DNA from: Sedimentisphaerales bacterium
GTDB lineage: Bacteria; Planctomycetota; Phycisphaerae; Sedimentisphaerales; SM23-30
Assembly (NCBI GenBank): GCA_028281535.1
Contig: JANQJS010000022.1
Coordinates: forward strand, 127,004-191,003
Length of the DNA: 64,000 nt
Direction: 5' to 3'
Part shown: in pieces, positions 49,529-60,299 of the stretch
Layout: the number at the start of each line of letters is the position of its first letter
Numbering within the stretch: position 1 is the stretch's first letter
Program-made: the position numbers and the translations under genes
The notes under the pieces: model-generated
Seen by the model: the letters and a program-made list of their open reading frames with translations, nothing else
What the model was told of the DNA's origin: nothing
Database searches by the model: none

Positions 49529-50707
49529 ATGAATACAACAACGGCCTCAGATCAAGTAAAAGATTGGCTACATTTACACCTCACAGACCAAGTTGGCTCT
49601 ACGACTTTTCAAAAATTAATTGAAGCTTTTGGTGATGCCAAATCAGCTCTCTCAGCCAATGCCGGCCAACTTGCCAACGTTAAAGGCATAGGCCCCAAAA
49701 AAGCAGAGAAAATCGCCATGAGCAGAGATAAGGTCGACGTCGAAAAAGAAATCAACCTCGCCAAAAAACTTGGCATAACAATTATTACAAGAAAATGCGA
49801 ATCTTATCCAGCTGCTCTCAATAAAATTTACGATCCACCATCGGTTATTTATATTAAAGGCAATTTTATCCCTTCAGATAACCTCGCGGTTGCCATCGTT
49901 GGTTCGCGACAATGTAGTCAATATGGCCAAGAACAAGCGTCTCGATTTGCACACATGCTCGCAGCGAGCGGCTTTACAATCGTATCTGGCTTAGCCAGGG
50001 GCATAGACACAGCAGCCCACCGTGGCAGTATTTCAGCAAAAGGAAGAACACTGGCCATACAAGGCTGTGGCCTAGCAACGATTTACCCACCAGAAAATGA
50101 ACCCCTTGCAAAGCAAATTACAAATGGTAATGGTGCCATCATAAGTGAACTCCCTCTCACATTCGAGCCATTATCCAGCATGTTCCCCGGACGAAATAGA
50201 ATCATATCGGGCTTATCAATCGGTACCCTCGTTGTAGAAGCACGCCCTCGAAGCGGTGCACTGATTACAGCTAAAATTGCCATCGAGCAAGATCGGGAAG
50301 TTATGGCCATACCAGGACGTATAGACGCCCCAGCCAGCAAAGGCACGCACCAACTCATCAAAGAAGGTGCACAACTTGTCGAATCCATAGAAGATGTTCT
50401 AGATGCACTTGGACAAATTGGAGACATCCTAAGAACTCATAGCAAGCAGAAAACACAAGAGAAAGAAAAGCAAAAACAGCAATCACTCTTCCAAAAACAA
50501 TCGGCACCAGAAACGATCAAATTAAGTGAATCAGAATCATCTATTATAGAAATAATGGATTTGGATCCTATACACATCGATTCGATTGCAGCCAAAACGG
50601 GAATGAATACAGGAAACGTCAATGCAAATATCACGGTCCTGCAATTAAAAGGATTGGTCAAGCAACTGCCTGGCAGCTACTATCAAAAACGAAAAAAAGA
50701 ATCGTAG
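49529..50707 (+). CDS. dprA: DNA-processing protein DprA
   Basis: 'AIVGSR', 'VSGLARGIDTAAH', 'FPGRNRIISGLS', 'SGALITA', C-terminal winged helix. Confidence 0.95.
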   Translation: MNTTTASDQVKDWLHLHLTDQVGSTTFQKLIEAFGDAKSALSANAGQLANVKGIGPKKAEKIAMSRDKVDVEKEINLAKKLGITIITRKCESYPAALNKIYDPPSVIYIKGNFIPSDNLAVAIVGSRQCSQYGQEQASRFAHMLAASGFTIVSGLARGIDTAAHRGSISAKGRTLAIQGCGLATIYPPENEPLAKQITNGNGAIISELPLTFEPLSSMFPGRNRIISGLSIGTLVVEARPRSGALITAKIAIEQDREVMAIPGRIDAPASKGTHQLIKEGAQLVESIEDVLDALGQIGDILRTHSKQKTQEKEKQKQQSLFQKQSAPETIKLSESESSIIEIMDLDPIHIDSIAAKTGMNTGNVNANITVLQLKGLVKQLPGSYYQKRKKES

Positions 50708-50711
50708 CAGA

Positions 50712-51080
50712 TTAAACCAGTTCTAATTCTGGTTCTGTATACATTTGTTCGGCGCCGTAGAATTCTAATCCGACTTCAATTACGGCACTCTCAACAGATT
50801 GCTTACGATCTATCCGCACAACACGAGCGGTCTTAATGCGAGCAAAACCACCTTTATCTTGTGCCAATGTTTCGGTACGAGGAAAATTGATTTCAATATC
50901 CTGTCCCTCACAAATAGGAGCCTGGAGGGGTAAGGTAATTAACGCCCCATCACTGGACACATTCACGCTACGACCATTAAAAAATCGCGTCGCTTTAGGA
51001 TTCCAGATACTTACTGGCCAGGATACATCAGTTCTAACGGAACTTCGTTGCTCAAATGCACAAACCATAGTCTGCCTCAC
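50712..51080 (-). CDS. Stand-alone PilZ domain protein (probable c-di-GMP receptor)
   Basis: RxxxR ('QRSSVR') and (D/N)xSxxG ('NVSSDG') motifs, 'ARVVR', 'GLEF'. Confidence 0.8.
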   Translation of the reverse strand: MRQTMVCAFEQRSSVRTDVSWPVSIWNPKATRFFNGRSVNVSSDGALITLPLQAPICEGQDIEINFPRTETLAQDKGGFARIKTARVVRIDRKQSVESAVIEVGLEFYGAEQMYTEPELELV

Positions 51081-51298
51081 ATTTTGATTTTATTACAGCA
51101 CCACTACACTGATGCTACTCTCTATAGTATATCGACTTGGCATAAATGTTAATATAGTTAATTTAGGAATAATAGTTAATATTTTTAGTTTTATAAAACT
51201 TGGCGATATTTTGTTGCTTTTTGGCGATAAAGACGTTATTTTCAGCCGTTTATAAGCGGACAAGATCATTTTACCCCCAATGGAAAGAACAAAGCCCC

Positions 51299-53824
51299 AT
51301 GGCAGAAAACGATGTAAGTAGCTACAATTTCACAGATATCGAAAAAAAATGGCAAAACTTCTGGGAAGAAAACAAAACCTTCAAAGCTCCCGACAAGTCC
51401 GATAAGCCCAAGTTTTACGCCCTGGACATGTTCCCCTATCCTTCAGGAGCCGGCCTTCATGTGGGTCACCCGGAAGGCTATACCGCCAGCGACATCGTTT
51501 CCAGATACAAACGCATGCAAGGATTCAACGTACTTCACCCGATGGGATATGATGCCTTTGGCTTACCTGCTGAACAATATGCCATCAAAACGGGAACCCA
51601 CCCAAGTATTACCACCGAAAAAAATATCAGCAACATTCGTCGCCAGATTAAATCACTCGGATTCAGTTACGATTGGGATCGCGAAATCGATACCACCGAT
51701 GAAAAATACTATAAGTGGACGCAATGGATTTTCCTGCACCTCTATAATAGCTATTTTGATCATCAGGCTCAAAAGGCCAAACCTATTGATGAATTGCCCA
51801 TCCCAGATGGACTCGATGAAAAAGAAAAACAACAGTACATCGATGATCACCGCTTGGCCTATGAAGCAGAAGTAGCAGTCAACTGGTGTCCTGAATTAGG
51901 CACTGTACTTGCTAACGAAGAAGTCATCGGCGGCGTCAGCGAACGCGGTGGCCACCCTGTCATTCGCAAACCCATGCGTCAATGGATGCTTCGAATTACC
52001 CACTATGCAGAACGCTTAATTGATGGCCTCAAAGACCTTGACTGGTCAGACAGTATCAAAAAATTACAAATCGACTGGATCGGAAAAAGCATCGGTGCAG
52101 AAGTTGATTTCAAATGTGCGGATCACGACGCCATCATTCGCGTCTTTACCACACGCCCCGACACATTATTTGGTGCCACCTATATGGTGCTATCGCCAGA
52201 ACACCCACTCGTCAAAAAAATCACAACCGAGGATCAAAAAGCAGCCATCACGGCCTATCAGAATGAAGCCTCAAAGAAAAGTGATCTGCAACGTACTGAA
52301 CTCGCTAAAGACAAAACGGGTGTCTTCACAGGCGCATATGCGATCAATCCAGTGAACGACACCAAAATTCCTATCTGGATTAGCGATTACGTATTAATCA
52401 GCTACGGTACCGGTGCAATCATGGCAGTCCCGGCTCATGATGAACGCGATTATGAATTTGCTCAACAATTTGAACTACCAATTATCGAAGTCGTCAAACC
52501 CAAAGGTGAAAAACCTGATGGTTGCTTCTCTGGGAATGGTGTTGCTATTAATTCCGGCGAATTTGATGGCTTAGAAACTCCAGATTTCAAAGAAAAGATC
52601 TCCGCCTGGCTGGAAGAAAAAGGGCTTGGCAAAAAAGCAATCAATTACAAATTACGTGACTGGCTCTTTAGCCGCCAACGTTATTGGGGAGAACCATTCC
52701 CCATATTACACAGAGAAGATGGTACCATCATTGCTGTCGATGCAAAAGACTTGCCAGTGACTTTACCTGAAGTAGAAAGCTATCACCCCAGCGGTACGGG
52801 CGAATCACCCCTGGCAAATATTAGTGATTGGCTCAACGTCGAAATCGATGGCGTTAAATACAAACGTGAAACCAATACCATGCCGCAATGGGCTGGAAGC
52901 TGTTGGTATTATCTTCGCTACATTGACCCTGACAATGAACAGGCTCCTTTCGACAAAGAAAAAGAAAATTATTGGATGCCTGTCGACTTATATATTGGTG
53001 GCGCCGAACATGCCGTATTACACCTACTCTATTCACGCTTTTGGCATAAAGTCCTCTACGATGTCGGCTGGGTAAGTTGCGATGAACCTTATACTAAACT
53101 TGTTAACCAGGGAATGATCCTGGGTAGCGACAATCGTAAGATGAGTAAAAGCTTTGGCAACGTCGTCAATCCAGACGAAGTCATCAAAGACTACGGCTCG
53201 GATTCCATGCGACTGTATGAAATGTTCATGGGGCCGCTTGATGCGACCAAACCCTGGAACATGCAAGGGGTCGAAGGCGTCCACCGATTCCTACAAAAAG
53301 CATGGCGAATGGTCGTCAGCCAGCAGCGAACCCTGCATGAATCAATTACAGATGAACCAGCCAAAGATGACGACCTACGACTACTGCATAAGACAATCAA
53401 GAAAGTCACACATGACATCGAGAACATGGCATTTAATACCGCCATCTCACAAATGATGATCTTTACCAATGCCTTTACGACATTAAAGTCACGCAACAAA
53501 AAAGCCATAGAAGATTTTGTCTTGCTCTTGGCCCCTTTTGCACCTCACATAGCAGAAGAGCTCTGGGAAATCCTGGGCAACAAAGAAACACTCGCCTATG
53601 CCCCATGGCCAAAATATGAAGAAAGCCTAACCCAAGACAGCGAAGTTGAACTGGCCATCCAGGTCAACGGCAAGATCAAAGGAAAGGTTACCTTCCCAGC
53701 AGACGCTGACGAAGAGACCATCCAACAAAAAGCGATGGACGCCATCAAAGACCAACTGGATGGCAAAGAAATCAAAAAAGTCATCGTCGTCAAAGGACGC
53801 CTGGTCAACATCGTCGCCAAGTGA
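51299..53824 (+). CDS. leuS: Leucine--tRNA ligase
   Basis: '[14 protein letters not shown]', 'TTRPDT', '[12 protein letters not shown]', '[13 protein letters not shown]', KMSKS. Start placed at ATG 51299 (MAEND). Confidence 0.97.
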   Translation: MAENDVSSYNFTDIEKKWQNFWEENKTFKAPDKSDKPKFYALDMFPYPSGAGLHVGHPEGYTASDIVSRYKRMQGFNVLHPMGYDAFGLPAEQYAIKTGTHPSITTEKNISNIRRQIKSLGFSYDWDREIDTTDEKYYKWTQWIFLHLYNSYFDHQAQKAKPIDELPIPDGLDEKEKQQYIDDHRLAYEAEVAVNWCPELGTVLANEEVIGGVSERGGHPVIRKPMRQWMLRITHYAERLIDGLKDLDWSDSIKKLQIDWIGKSIGAEVDFKCADHDAIIRVFTTRPDTLFGATYMVLSPEHPLVKKITTEDQKAAITAYQNEASKKSDLQRTELAKDKTGVFTGAYAINPVNDTKIPIWISDYVLISYGTGAIMAVPAHDERDYEFAQQFELPIIEVVKPKGEKPDGCFSGNGVAINSGEFDGLETPDFKEKISAWLEEKGLGKKAINYKLRDWLFSRQRYWGEPFPILHREDGTIIAVDAKDLPVTLPEVESYHPSGTGESPLANISDWLNVEIDGVKYKRETNTMPQWAGSCWYYLRYIDPDNEQAPFDKEKENYWMPVDLYIGGAEHAVLHLLYSRFWHKVLYDVGWVSCDEPYTKLVNQGMILGSDNRKMSKSFGNVVNPDEVIKDYGSDSMRLYEMFMGPLDATKPWNMQGVEGVHRFLQKAWRMVVSQQRTLHESITDEPAKDDDLRLLHKTIKKVTHDIENMAFNTAISQMMIFTNAFTTLKSRNKKAIEDFVLLLAPFAPHIAEELWEILGNKETLAYAPWPKYEESLTQDSEVELAIQVNGKIKGKVTFPADADEETIQQKAMDAIKDQLDGKEIKKVIVVKGRLVNIVAK

Positions 53825-54202
53825 CGTCACATTAAGAACACCGCGACCATTGTTACAGGAACCCGCTCTCGTTGCTCGCTGCTTGGAATACGAGACATGT
53901 TTTATGTAGGCCGCCGGCCAAGCCTCTGGCTGGCAAAATCTATGATAAAAACGACCATCATCACACATTATCAAGAACTTAATCATACAAATAGCTGAGT
54001 AGCTACCTCAAGTAAAGCTTGGGAGATGTATAAGAGGGACATTGGGCCCATTTTTCAAATAAATTGCGTGCAATGTCCTCTCTGTATTTCCAATGAATAT
54101 TTTACGCAAGTATTGACATGATTTTACTTATTCTTACCCCCTTGTGTTTGTGGAATATCTGTTATATAATATGTTTATTCGAGATCACTTAAATTGAGAT
54201 AA

Positions 54203-54847
54203 ATGAGAGGAATTATCATGGGATTTTATAGTAAAAAAGTAATGATTGTCTTGGCGTTTTTTTGTTTAGTGCTATCGCAAAAACTTTGTGCAAATTCATC
54301 TTTGATCGCCGGTAGTTCGAATGTCAGTCCACCACCGTTCTGGCTGGATTCTTTCTGGGGTATTACCAGTAGTATTGACCGTGCATTTCCATTTACGTTA
54401 AATACTTCCGGACAATTCAGTTTGGATCATCTTGAGATTGCGGCATATCATTATAACGGTCTGGCAGGATCGACAGCCACCTTCTCCATTGCACAAGACA
54501 ATAATGGTTTGCCGGGAACGATCATTGATACATTTTTCTTCAATAATATCACAACAGATCAACAGGTTGTTTCGACGCTATCAACGAATAACACAATCCT
54601 GGATTCCGTGAATACTTATTGGGTCATTGGAGAGACAACACAAGGGCAAGTCAACTGGAATCTGGGTGATAATACGTTTGGCCCATATGCATTTCGAGTT
54701 AATGATGGTGCGTGGGAATTTCATCAGGATGGAAATGTCAGTGGATTTGCTTTGCATGGCAACCCTATCCCAGAACCAACAGCCATCACACTGATAACCC
54801 TTGGCAGTTTGGGATTGTTACAACGTAAACGATCAAGATCAAAATGA
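54203..54847 (+). CDS. PEP-CTERM-sorted surface protein
   Basis: Signal peptide, C-terminal 'IPEPTAITLITLGSLGLLQRKRSRSK'. The start may be ATG 54218. Confidence 0.8.
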   Translation: MRGIIMGFYSKKVMIVLAFFCLVLSQKLCANSSLIAGSSNVSPPPFWLDSFWGITSSIDRAFPFTLNTSGQFSLDHLEIAAYHYNGLAGSTATFSIAQDNNGLPGTIIDTFFFNNITTDQQVVSTLSTNNTILDSVNTYWVIGETTQGQVNWNLGDNTFGPYAFRVNDGAWEFHQDGNVSGFALHGNPIPEPTAITLITLGSLGLLQRKRSRSK

Positions 54848-54848
54848 A

Positions 54849-55607
54849 TTAAATAAGATTCCTTTTTCTGCGTAACATAGACAGCCCACCCAATACAAGT
54901 AAAGATAAACTTGCAGGTTCAGGTGCTACTAAGACAAGACTTGCTCCAGGAGAAGTTGTTCTTAATTCTTCAACATCAATGATAGTTCCATCTAATAATC
55001 TTCCCGAAAATGTTGATGCTATAATATTTGAATATTCTCCATATTCAACTTGAGTGCCATTGATATTAAAATTACTTCCCGTAATCCTAAGGGTTGAATT
55101 ATCACTTAAGACAATCGAATTCCTAACGTCTCCACCTGTTAATTCGATAACCCCAAAATCCATAGGCGACAAACCACTTACTGAGCCACCAGACATATTC
55201 AATATACTTGAACCACGTGAAGATATAAGACCTAAAAATATTCCTGAGCTCACATTTAAAGTCGCATTATCAGAAGTATGTACGCTTTTGATATCCCCCC
55301 CTGTTATATTGATGGTGCTATTATCATACCCCCAAAAAATACCACTATCGACGTCGCCTCCGGAAACGTTAATGATACTTGTATCTTGAACATAAAGAGA
55401 GTGCTGATCGGGAAAAAATGCATCTTCAATAATATTCAACGTTGTTGGATTTGGTGGACTAGTAGGAGAATCTTGTACGTATAATGTATCATTTTGATAT
55501 GATTCTATCGCATTGATTAAACCATTATTTAAAAACTCAACCGCTTGCAAATGACTATTTAAAATAAAGACTAGTAAAAAACATAGGGAGACGATGGGCC
55601 TTTTCAT
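54849..55607 (-). CDS. PEP-CTERM-sorted protein with short 'S(I/T)INxxGG' beta-helix-like repeats
   Basis: Signal peptide, five or six ~18-aa repeats, C-terminal 'APEPASLSLLVLGGLSMLRRKR'. Confidence 0.8.
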   Translation of the reverse strand: MKRPIVSLCFLLVFILNSHLQAVEFLNNGLINAIESYQNDTLYVQDSPTSPPNPTTLNIIEDAFFPDQHSLYVQDTSIINVSGGDVDSGIFWGYDNSTINITGGDIKSVHTSDNATLNVSSGIFLGLISSRGSSILNMSGGSVSGLSPMDFGVIELTGGDVRNSIVLSDNSTLRITGSNFNINGTQVEYGEYSNIIASTFSGRLLDGTIIDVEELRTTSPGASLVLVAPEPASLSLLVLGGLSMLRRKRNLI

Positions 55608-55866
55608 AAACTTCTCCTATAAATGATTTAATTAAGTACATAAAAAAACCAACTAGACGAGGAGCCTAACTCTCTCTTCTCTCTCTAACGGGAATTTAGT
55701 GATTTATTCCCGTAAAATTATCTCTCAAAGACAAGTATAGCCATATGTCAAGGTGAATCAAGAGGAATTTTATAAAAACAGGACCAACAGGTTACCACAG
55801 AATCAGGAGGACTGAATGATAGATATTATCGAATAACGAATCGCCACATTAGTATTATTTAGGCAA

Positions 55867-56994
55867 TTACCTTAGTGAATTTCTTTTTCTTCTCATAATA
55901 GCAACACCGCCTAAGGCAAGTAAACTCATCGTCATAGGTTCTGGGATTGGGGTCATTAGGAATGCGTGGTGTTGGCCGCCAATGATGCCGGTGCCAACGA
56001 TTTGGCCTGATGCATTCATGTCGGAGGCACTCGTTAGTGTCCAGCCGCTGCCTGCTGGGAGGAAATCGTTTAAGTCTCTCATGCCATTGATGTCATCATA
56101 GATAAAGGCGTGTTGTGTAATCGATCCAGTAATTTCACTTACTCCAAACACATGTCCGCTTTCACTGATGCCATTGGCAAAAGAAACGGAGCCTCCCAGT
56201 GTGCCCAGGTCGATCATGCCATTGGTGTTGTCATACAAAAAGGCACGGAACAGATTGCCAGGGGCTTGACTATTTCCGACGACTTGGCCATTGTTATTGA
56301 TATCTCTTGCTTCAGAATAGGATAATGATCCGCCTAAGTGTCCTAGGTCTGTCATGCCGTTGACACTATCGTATATAAAGGCGTGGCTCGTCGCGTCACC
56401 TGTGGTTGAGCTCCGACCGACGACTTGTCCATTGTCGTTTAGGGCATAACCCAAAGATGTGCTTCCACCTAAGGTGCCAATGTCTACCATGCCATTGACG
56501 CTGTCGTATATAAAGGCATGGGTGGCGCTGTTGCCGGTAATTTGACTATATCCTGCGACTTGGCCGCTGCTATTGATACTATAGGCTTGAGATTCTTCGC
56601 CTCCCAGTGTGCCTATGCTGGTCATGCCATTGACGGAGTCGTATATAAAGGCGTGTATGCGAGTGTCTCTTCTGCCAAATTTAATTTCACTAAAGCCAGC
56701 GACTTGTCCGTTGGCATTGACGCTCCATGCATGAGAAAACATTCCGTCTGTGAGTGTGCCTAGATCAACCATGCCATTAACAGTGTCATATAAAAAGGCA
56801 TGAAAGTCGAAAGGAGCGATGCTTTGGCCAGCAACTTGTCCGTTATCGTTTATGTCGAATGCATTCGAGGTGAACCCGCCTAAGGTTCCCAGGTCTGTGA
56901 TACTATATTCTTGTAACGTTGCCTGGACGAGCGACGTCCATGATAAAAAGACCATGATGGCCAGTAACGTATATGTAATTCGTTGCAATTTCAT
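55867..56994 (-). CDS. PEP-CTERM-sorted HAF-repeat (probable extracellular repeat) protein
   Basis: Six full repeats and one partial repeat of 'INxxGQVxG..HAF(I/L)YD..GMxDLGTL', C-terminal 'IPEPMTMSLLALGGVAIMRRKR'. Start placed at ATG 56994 (MKLQR), giving a signal peptide. Confidence 0.85.
   Translation of the reverse strand: MKLQRITYTLLAIMVFLSWTSLVQATLQEYSITDLGTLGGFTSNAFDINDNGQVAGQSIAPFDFHAFLYDTVNGMVDLGTLTDGMFSHAWSVNANGQVAGFSEIKFGRRDTRIHAFIYDSVNGMTSIGTLGGEESQAYSINSSGQVAGYSQITGNSATHAFIYDSVNGMVDIGTLGGSTSLGYALNDNGQVVGRSSTTGDATSHAFIYDSVNGMTDLGHLGGSLSYSEARDINNNGQVVGNSQAPGNLFRAFLYDNTNGMIDLGTLGGSVSFANGISESGHVFGVSEITGSITQHAFIYDDINGMRDLNDFLPAGSGWTLTSASDMNASGQIVGTGIIGGQHHAFLMTPIPEPMTMSLLALGGVAIMRRKRNSLR
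55960..56900 (-). repeat. Intragenic HAF tandem repeats (~130 bp period)
   Basis: Recurrent DNA motifs 'ataaaggc(g/a)tg' and 'catgccattg' follow the protein repeats. Confidence 0.75.
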
Positions 56995-57073
56995 CTTATT
57001 TGGGTCCTTTATAATTGCGTGTTTGGCTGGGCGTTTACCCCATTGAAGTCGTTTGTCTTTTTTATGAACACAT

Positions 57074-57144
57074 AAAAAAAACGCAGAGAAAGAACAAAGA
57101 TTATGCACCAAAAGGCTCATAACGCTTGTTTCTCTCTCTGCGTT
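57074..57144 (-). terminator. Long hairpin followed by U-tract (intrinsic terminator or attenuator)
   Basis: Minus strand AACGCAGAGAGAGAAACAA...TTGTTCTTTCTCTGCGTT followed by a T run. It lies between the helicase stop and the HAF gene start. Confidence 0.65.
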
Positions 57145-57249
57145 AAATAGCTAAACTCTTTTATGTCAAGGCTTCGCAAAAAATTGCCAACCTTATAATT
57201 CCACTATAGCTTAATAAACAGGAATTGTCCAGTGAATACTCAAGAAGTA

Positions 57250-58728
57250 CTAATCATCACTTAAAGGTCGACGCTTTTTATTGGGACGACGTTTCTTGTG
57301 GGGACGTTTTTTCTTTTTACCACCCGGGCCTTGATCGTTTCTTTTATTTCCTTGCGAGTTGGCTTTCTTTTTACCACCTTGGGAATTGGATCGTTTTTTG
57401 CCACCCCCCTCTGAGTTAGAGCGAGTTGTTGGCCTTTTCTTTTTGGACTGACGTTCGTCAGACCAATTGGAGGTTTCAGCGTTGGACTTGCGGCGTTTTT
57501 TAGCCTTTTCAGACCGAGAGCGTGTTTTGTGATTGGACTCTTTTTCTTCATGGCCACTGTTATCTTCTTTGGTTTTATCGATCTTACGATGATCAAAACC
57601 TAAGTAACGTTTAGGCTTCATCTTTAGCCCTGTGAACTCTTCGATCTTTTTGAGATACTTATGCTCTTCACTTGATACCAGTGTAATGGCATCACCAGTC
57701 TGCATAGCACGTCCTGTTCGGCCAATGCGATGAACATAATCTTCGGCATAGGTCGGCACATCATAATTAATCACATGCGACAACCCTTCCACGTCGATCC
57801 CACGTGCGGCAATATCTGTTGCAACCATGACCTGATACTTACCTTGCTTGAATCCATCAAGCGCCTGCTGACGCTGCGCCTGAGTTCGATTCGAATGGAT
57901 GGCGACGGATTTGATTCCCGCTTTGGAAAGACGCCGACTAATTTTATCAGCACCATAACGCGTACGTGAAAAAATAAGCGTACTATACATTTGTTCTTCT
58001 TTGAGCATGTGCATGAGTAGATCCATCTTAAATTCTCGCTGCATACGATAGATATGCTGTGTCACAGTCTCAATCGGATTGTGTTGTTTACCAATCTGGA
58101 TTTTGATCGGTTTATTTTGTATCCCTTCAGTCAACTTACGAACTGCTTCGGGCATCGTAGCAGAAAAAAGTAGTGTCTGACGTTTTTCAGGTAAAACACT
58201 GACAATCTTTTTCACATCATTAACAAAACCCATATCAAACATACGATCCGCTTCATCAATCACAAAGACTTTCAATCGAGATAGATTAATCGTTTCACGA
58301 TCCATATGATCCATCAAGCGACCCGGCGTTGCGACAACAATATCGACGCCTCGGCGTAATTTGTCAATTTGGCGTTGAATATTCACGCCGCCATAAATAC
58401 TTAATGCCTTCAAATGCAGAAAACGACCATACTCAGCAATCGCCTCTTCAATTTGGACGGCCAGTTCGCGCGTTGGTGTCAGAATTAATGCCTGAACAAA
58501 CCGTTTACGTTTGGATTTCGATTTAGCTTTTTCATCGGTTAAACGATTGAGGATTGGTAAAACAAACGCCGCAGTCTTACCTGTTCCTGTCTGAGCACAA
58601 CCAATAATGTCATGGCCTTGAATGGCATGAGGTATCACTTCAGATTGAATTTCTGTTGGCGCAGTATAACCTGTTGCCAGAATGCCCTGCACTAATTCAT
58701 CTGATAATCCAATTTTCTTAAACGGCAT
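57250..58728 (-). CDS. DEAD-box RNA helicase (RhlE-like) with basic disordered C-terminal tail
   Basis: Q motif 'PTEIQ', 'AQTGTGKT', 'PTRELA', 'TPGRL', DEAD, SAT, 'ARGID', 'HRIGRTGR'. Confidence 0.92.
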   Translation of the reverse strand: MPFKKIGLSDELVQGILATGYTAPTEIQSEVIPHAIQGHDIIGCAQTGTGKTAAFVLPILNRLTDEKAKSKSKRKRFVQALILTPTRELAVQIEEAIAEYGRFLHLKALSIYGGVNIQRQIDKLRRGVDIVVATPGRLMDHMDRETINLSRLKVFVIDEADRMFDMGFVNDVKKIVSVLPEKRQTLLFSATMPEAVRKLTEGIQNKPIKIQIGKQHNPIETVTQHIYRMQREFKMDLLMHMLKEEQMYSTLIFSRTRYGADKISRRLSKAGIKSVAIHSNRTQAQRQQALDGFKQGKYQVMVATDIAARGIDVEGLSHVINYDVPTYAEDYVHRIGRTGRAMQTGDAITLVSSEEHKYLKKIEEFTGLKMKPKRYLGFDHRKIDKTKEDNSGHEEKESNHKTRSRSEKAKKRRKSNAETSNWSDERQSKKKRPTTRSNSEGGGKKRSNSQGGKKKANSQGNKRNDQGPGGKKKKRPHKKRRPNKKRRPLSDD

Positions 58729-58774
58729 TTATTGCTCCGTATCGTTTTTCTATACATCATAGAATGGGGACGGT

Positions 58775-59140
58775 TTATCCCCCGGCTTTTTTGACGGTCC
58801 AACCTTTACTTTGGAGAACCTCTAACAATTTATCACGATGGTCACCTTGAATTTCAATCACACCATCTTTTAGCGTTCCGCCGCTGCCACATTTTTGTTT
58901 GAGCTCAGTCGCTAATTTTTTCAGTTCATCCCCTGCTAACGGAATACCATTAATCAGTGTAACACCTTTGCCTTTTCTCCCCTTAGTTTCCCGCATAATT
59001 CGAACAACGCCATCACCTTTAGGCACACTGCTTTTCTTTTGCTTACAAATGCACTTAGCTTTTGGCTTACCACAATCACCACAAAACCTACCTTGTGAAG
59101 TACAATAAACAAGTCCATCCTGTCGAGCCGCTGTCATCAT
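58775..59140 (-). CDS. yciH: Translation initiation factor SUI1-family protein YciH
   Basis: 'ETKGRKGKGVT', 'LKQKCGSGGT', 'IEIQGDHR', N-terminal Cys cluster. Confidence 0.9.
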   Translation of the reverse strand: MMTAARQDGLVYCTSQGRFCGDCGKPKAKCICKQKKSSVPKGDGVVRIMRETKGRKGKGVTLINGIPLAGDELKKLATELKQKCGSGGTLKDGVIEIQGDHRDKLLEVLQSKGWTVKKAGG

Positions 59141-59610
59141 ATTTGAATCTTTACAACAACCTTGCGGACTTTTTCAGATTGCCCAATGCTTATCCCAGGC
59201 TTATGACCATCGGTCGGACCATAGACCACAAACATCCCAGGTTTTAAGACCAGAGAGCTGACATCACACCTCGTATCAAAAAAAGCCAAGTCTGTTTCTT
59301 CATCATATTCCTGAGTTTCGATCAGATCTTCGCGATCCATCAGAACCACATCATGACGCTCAGCCCCTTCTAGAACCATCTGTACATCAAGATACTTCTC
59401 ATGGCACTCAAAATCCTTCTCCTTGGCATCCGCGGTATCAATGGTCTGAAAGATGGCATGCATCTGCCCACCTTCAAATTCATATTTTCCATCTGGCTGA
59501 TCCAAATCGAAATCGAGTACAAACTGGACTGCCATGTAGATATTATCTTCCGGATCACAGTAAGAGTCGAGATTTTCCACACTATCATAAATCATTGTAA
59601 ATCCTTGCAA
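59137..59610 (-). CDS. YhcH/YjgK/YiaL family protein
   Basis: 'FECHEKYLDVQ', 'YDEETD', 'PTDGHKP', 'VRKVVVKI'. The start is probably the ATG of MIYDS. Confidence 0.85.
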   Translation of the reverse strand: MQGFTMIYDSVENLDSYCDPEDNIYMAVQFVLDFDLDQPDGKYEFEGGQMHAIFQTIDTADAKEKDFECHEKYLDVQMVLEGAERHDVVLMDREDLIETQEYDEETDLAFFDTRCDVSSLVLKPGMFVVYGPTDGHKPGISIGQSEKVRKVVVKIQI

Positions 59611-59921
59611 AATAGTAAGTGCCAGAGCATACAGGATTTACTCACAATCTACAAGGCGCACTTGCTACCTAGAGTGAAAATAAGTCACAATTTCCCCACA
59701 ATTCGCCTCAAAGTCAATAAAAGCAGCCTATTTTAAGCCAAAAAGCATAGAATCATACCCCATTTACCCCGTAAAATGACATCCAACTTGATAATTCTTT
59801 ACCAGATCAAATTTGCTTAAAATTAAGTATGCCAAGGAGATTATTTACTCACAAGCTTTAATCGTTTACATTCTTGGAGTATCAGGCTAGCCATCCTCAC
59901 AACATAAGAGCCATATGTCTA

Positions 59922-60299
59922 TTACTTACGCAATAGTTTATTCAGACACGTTTCACAAAATATAAGTATACTTAGCAAACCAGAAACTAAATTTTGGACT
60001 ATCCCACGGTTCTTTGGTCCATATCCAGTCTTATCATCTGGTTCAGGACATATAATTTCACCAAGCATAATTAACGGCTCAGATGTAGGATCGTCATTTT
60101 TAGTAACCGCAACAGCCACGCACTCTTTCATTTGAGAATGCATGATAAGCTCCTCATCCGTGCTGCAAAAATAAACATTCTTTTTACAACGATGACAAAA
60201 GTGAATAGAGGAATCGTCTGTTTCGGATAACTCATCCCATTGTCGCCGACAGTGAAAAGAAAAACAGAGCTTAACATACTTGGATCTTTCTTCGCTCAT
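59922..60299 (-). CDS. Small cysteine-rich hypothetical protein
   Basis: ATG with upstream AGGA, 'CxxxWDEL..FCxxCxKxVxxC..ECVA' pattern. Confidence 0.55.
   Translation of the reverse strand: MSEERSKYVKLCFSFHCRRQWDELSETDDSSIHFCHRCKKNVYFCSTDEELIMHSQMKECVAVAVTKNDDPTSEPLIMLGEIICPEPDDKTGYGPKNRGIVQNLVSGLLSILIFCETCLNKLLRK

Noticed and set aside
53100-53824. Apparent higher GC in the leuS 3' end as an integration scar
   Set aside because: Spot counts vary similarly within the 5' part of leuS, and no direct repeat or integrase is seen.
55960-56900. CRISPR-like periodic repeats
   Set aside because: The repeats are degenerate, in frame and explained by HAF protein repeats. No cas genes are present.
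56995-57120. N-terminal extension of the HAF-repeat ORF (also leuS 51200-51298 and Zn-ADH 60628-60684)
   Set aside because: Downstream ATGs give typical N-termini. The HAF extension runs through a terminator-like hairpin.
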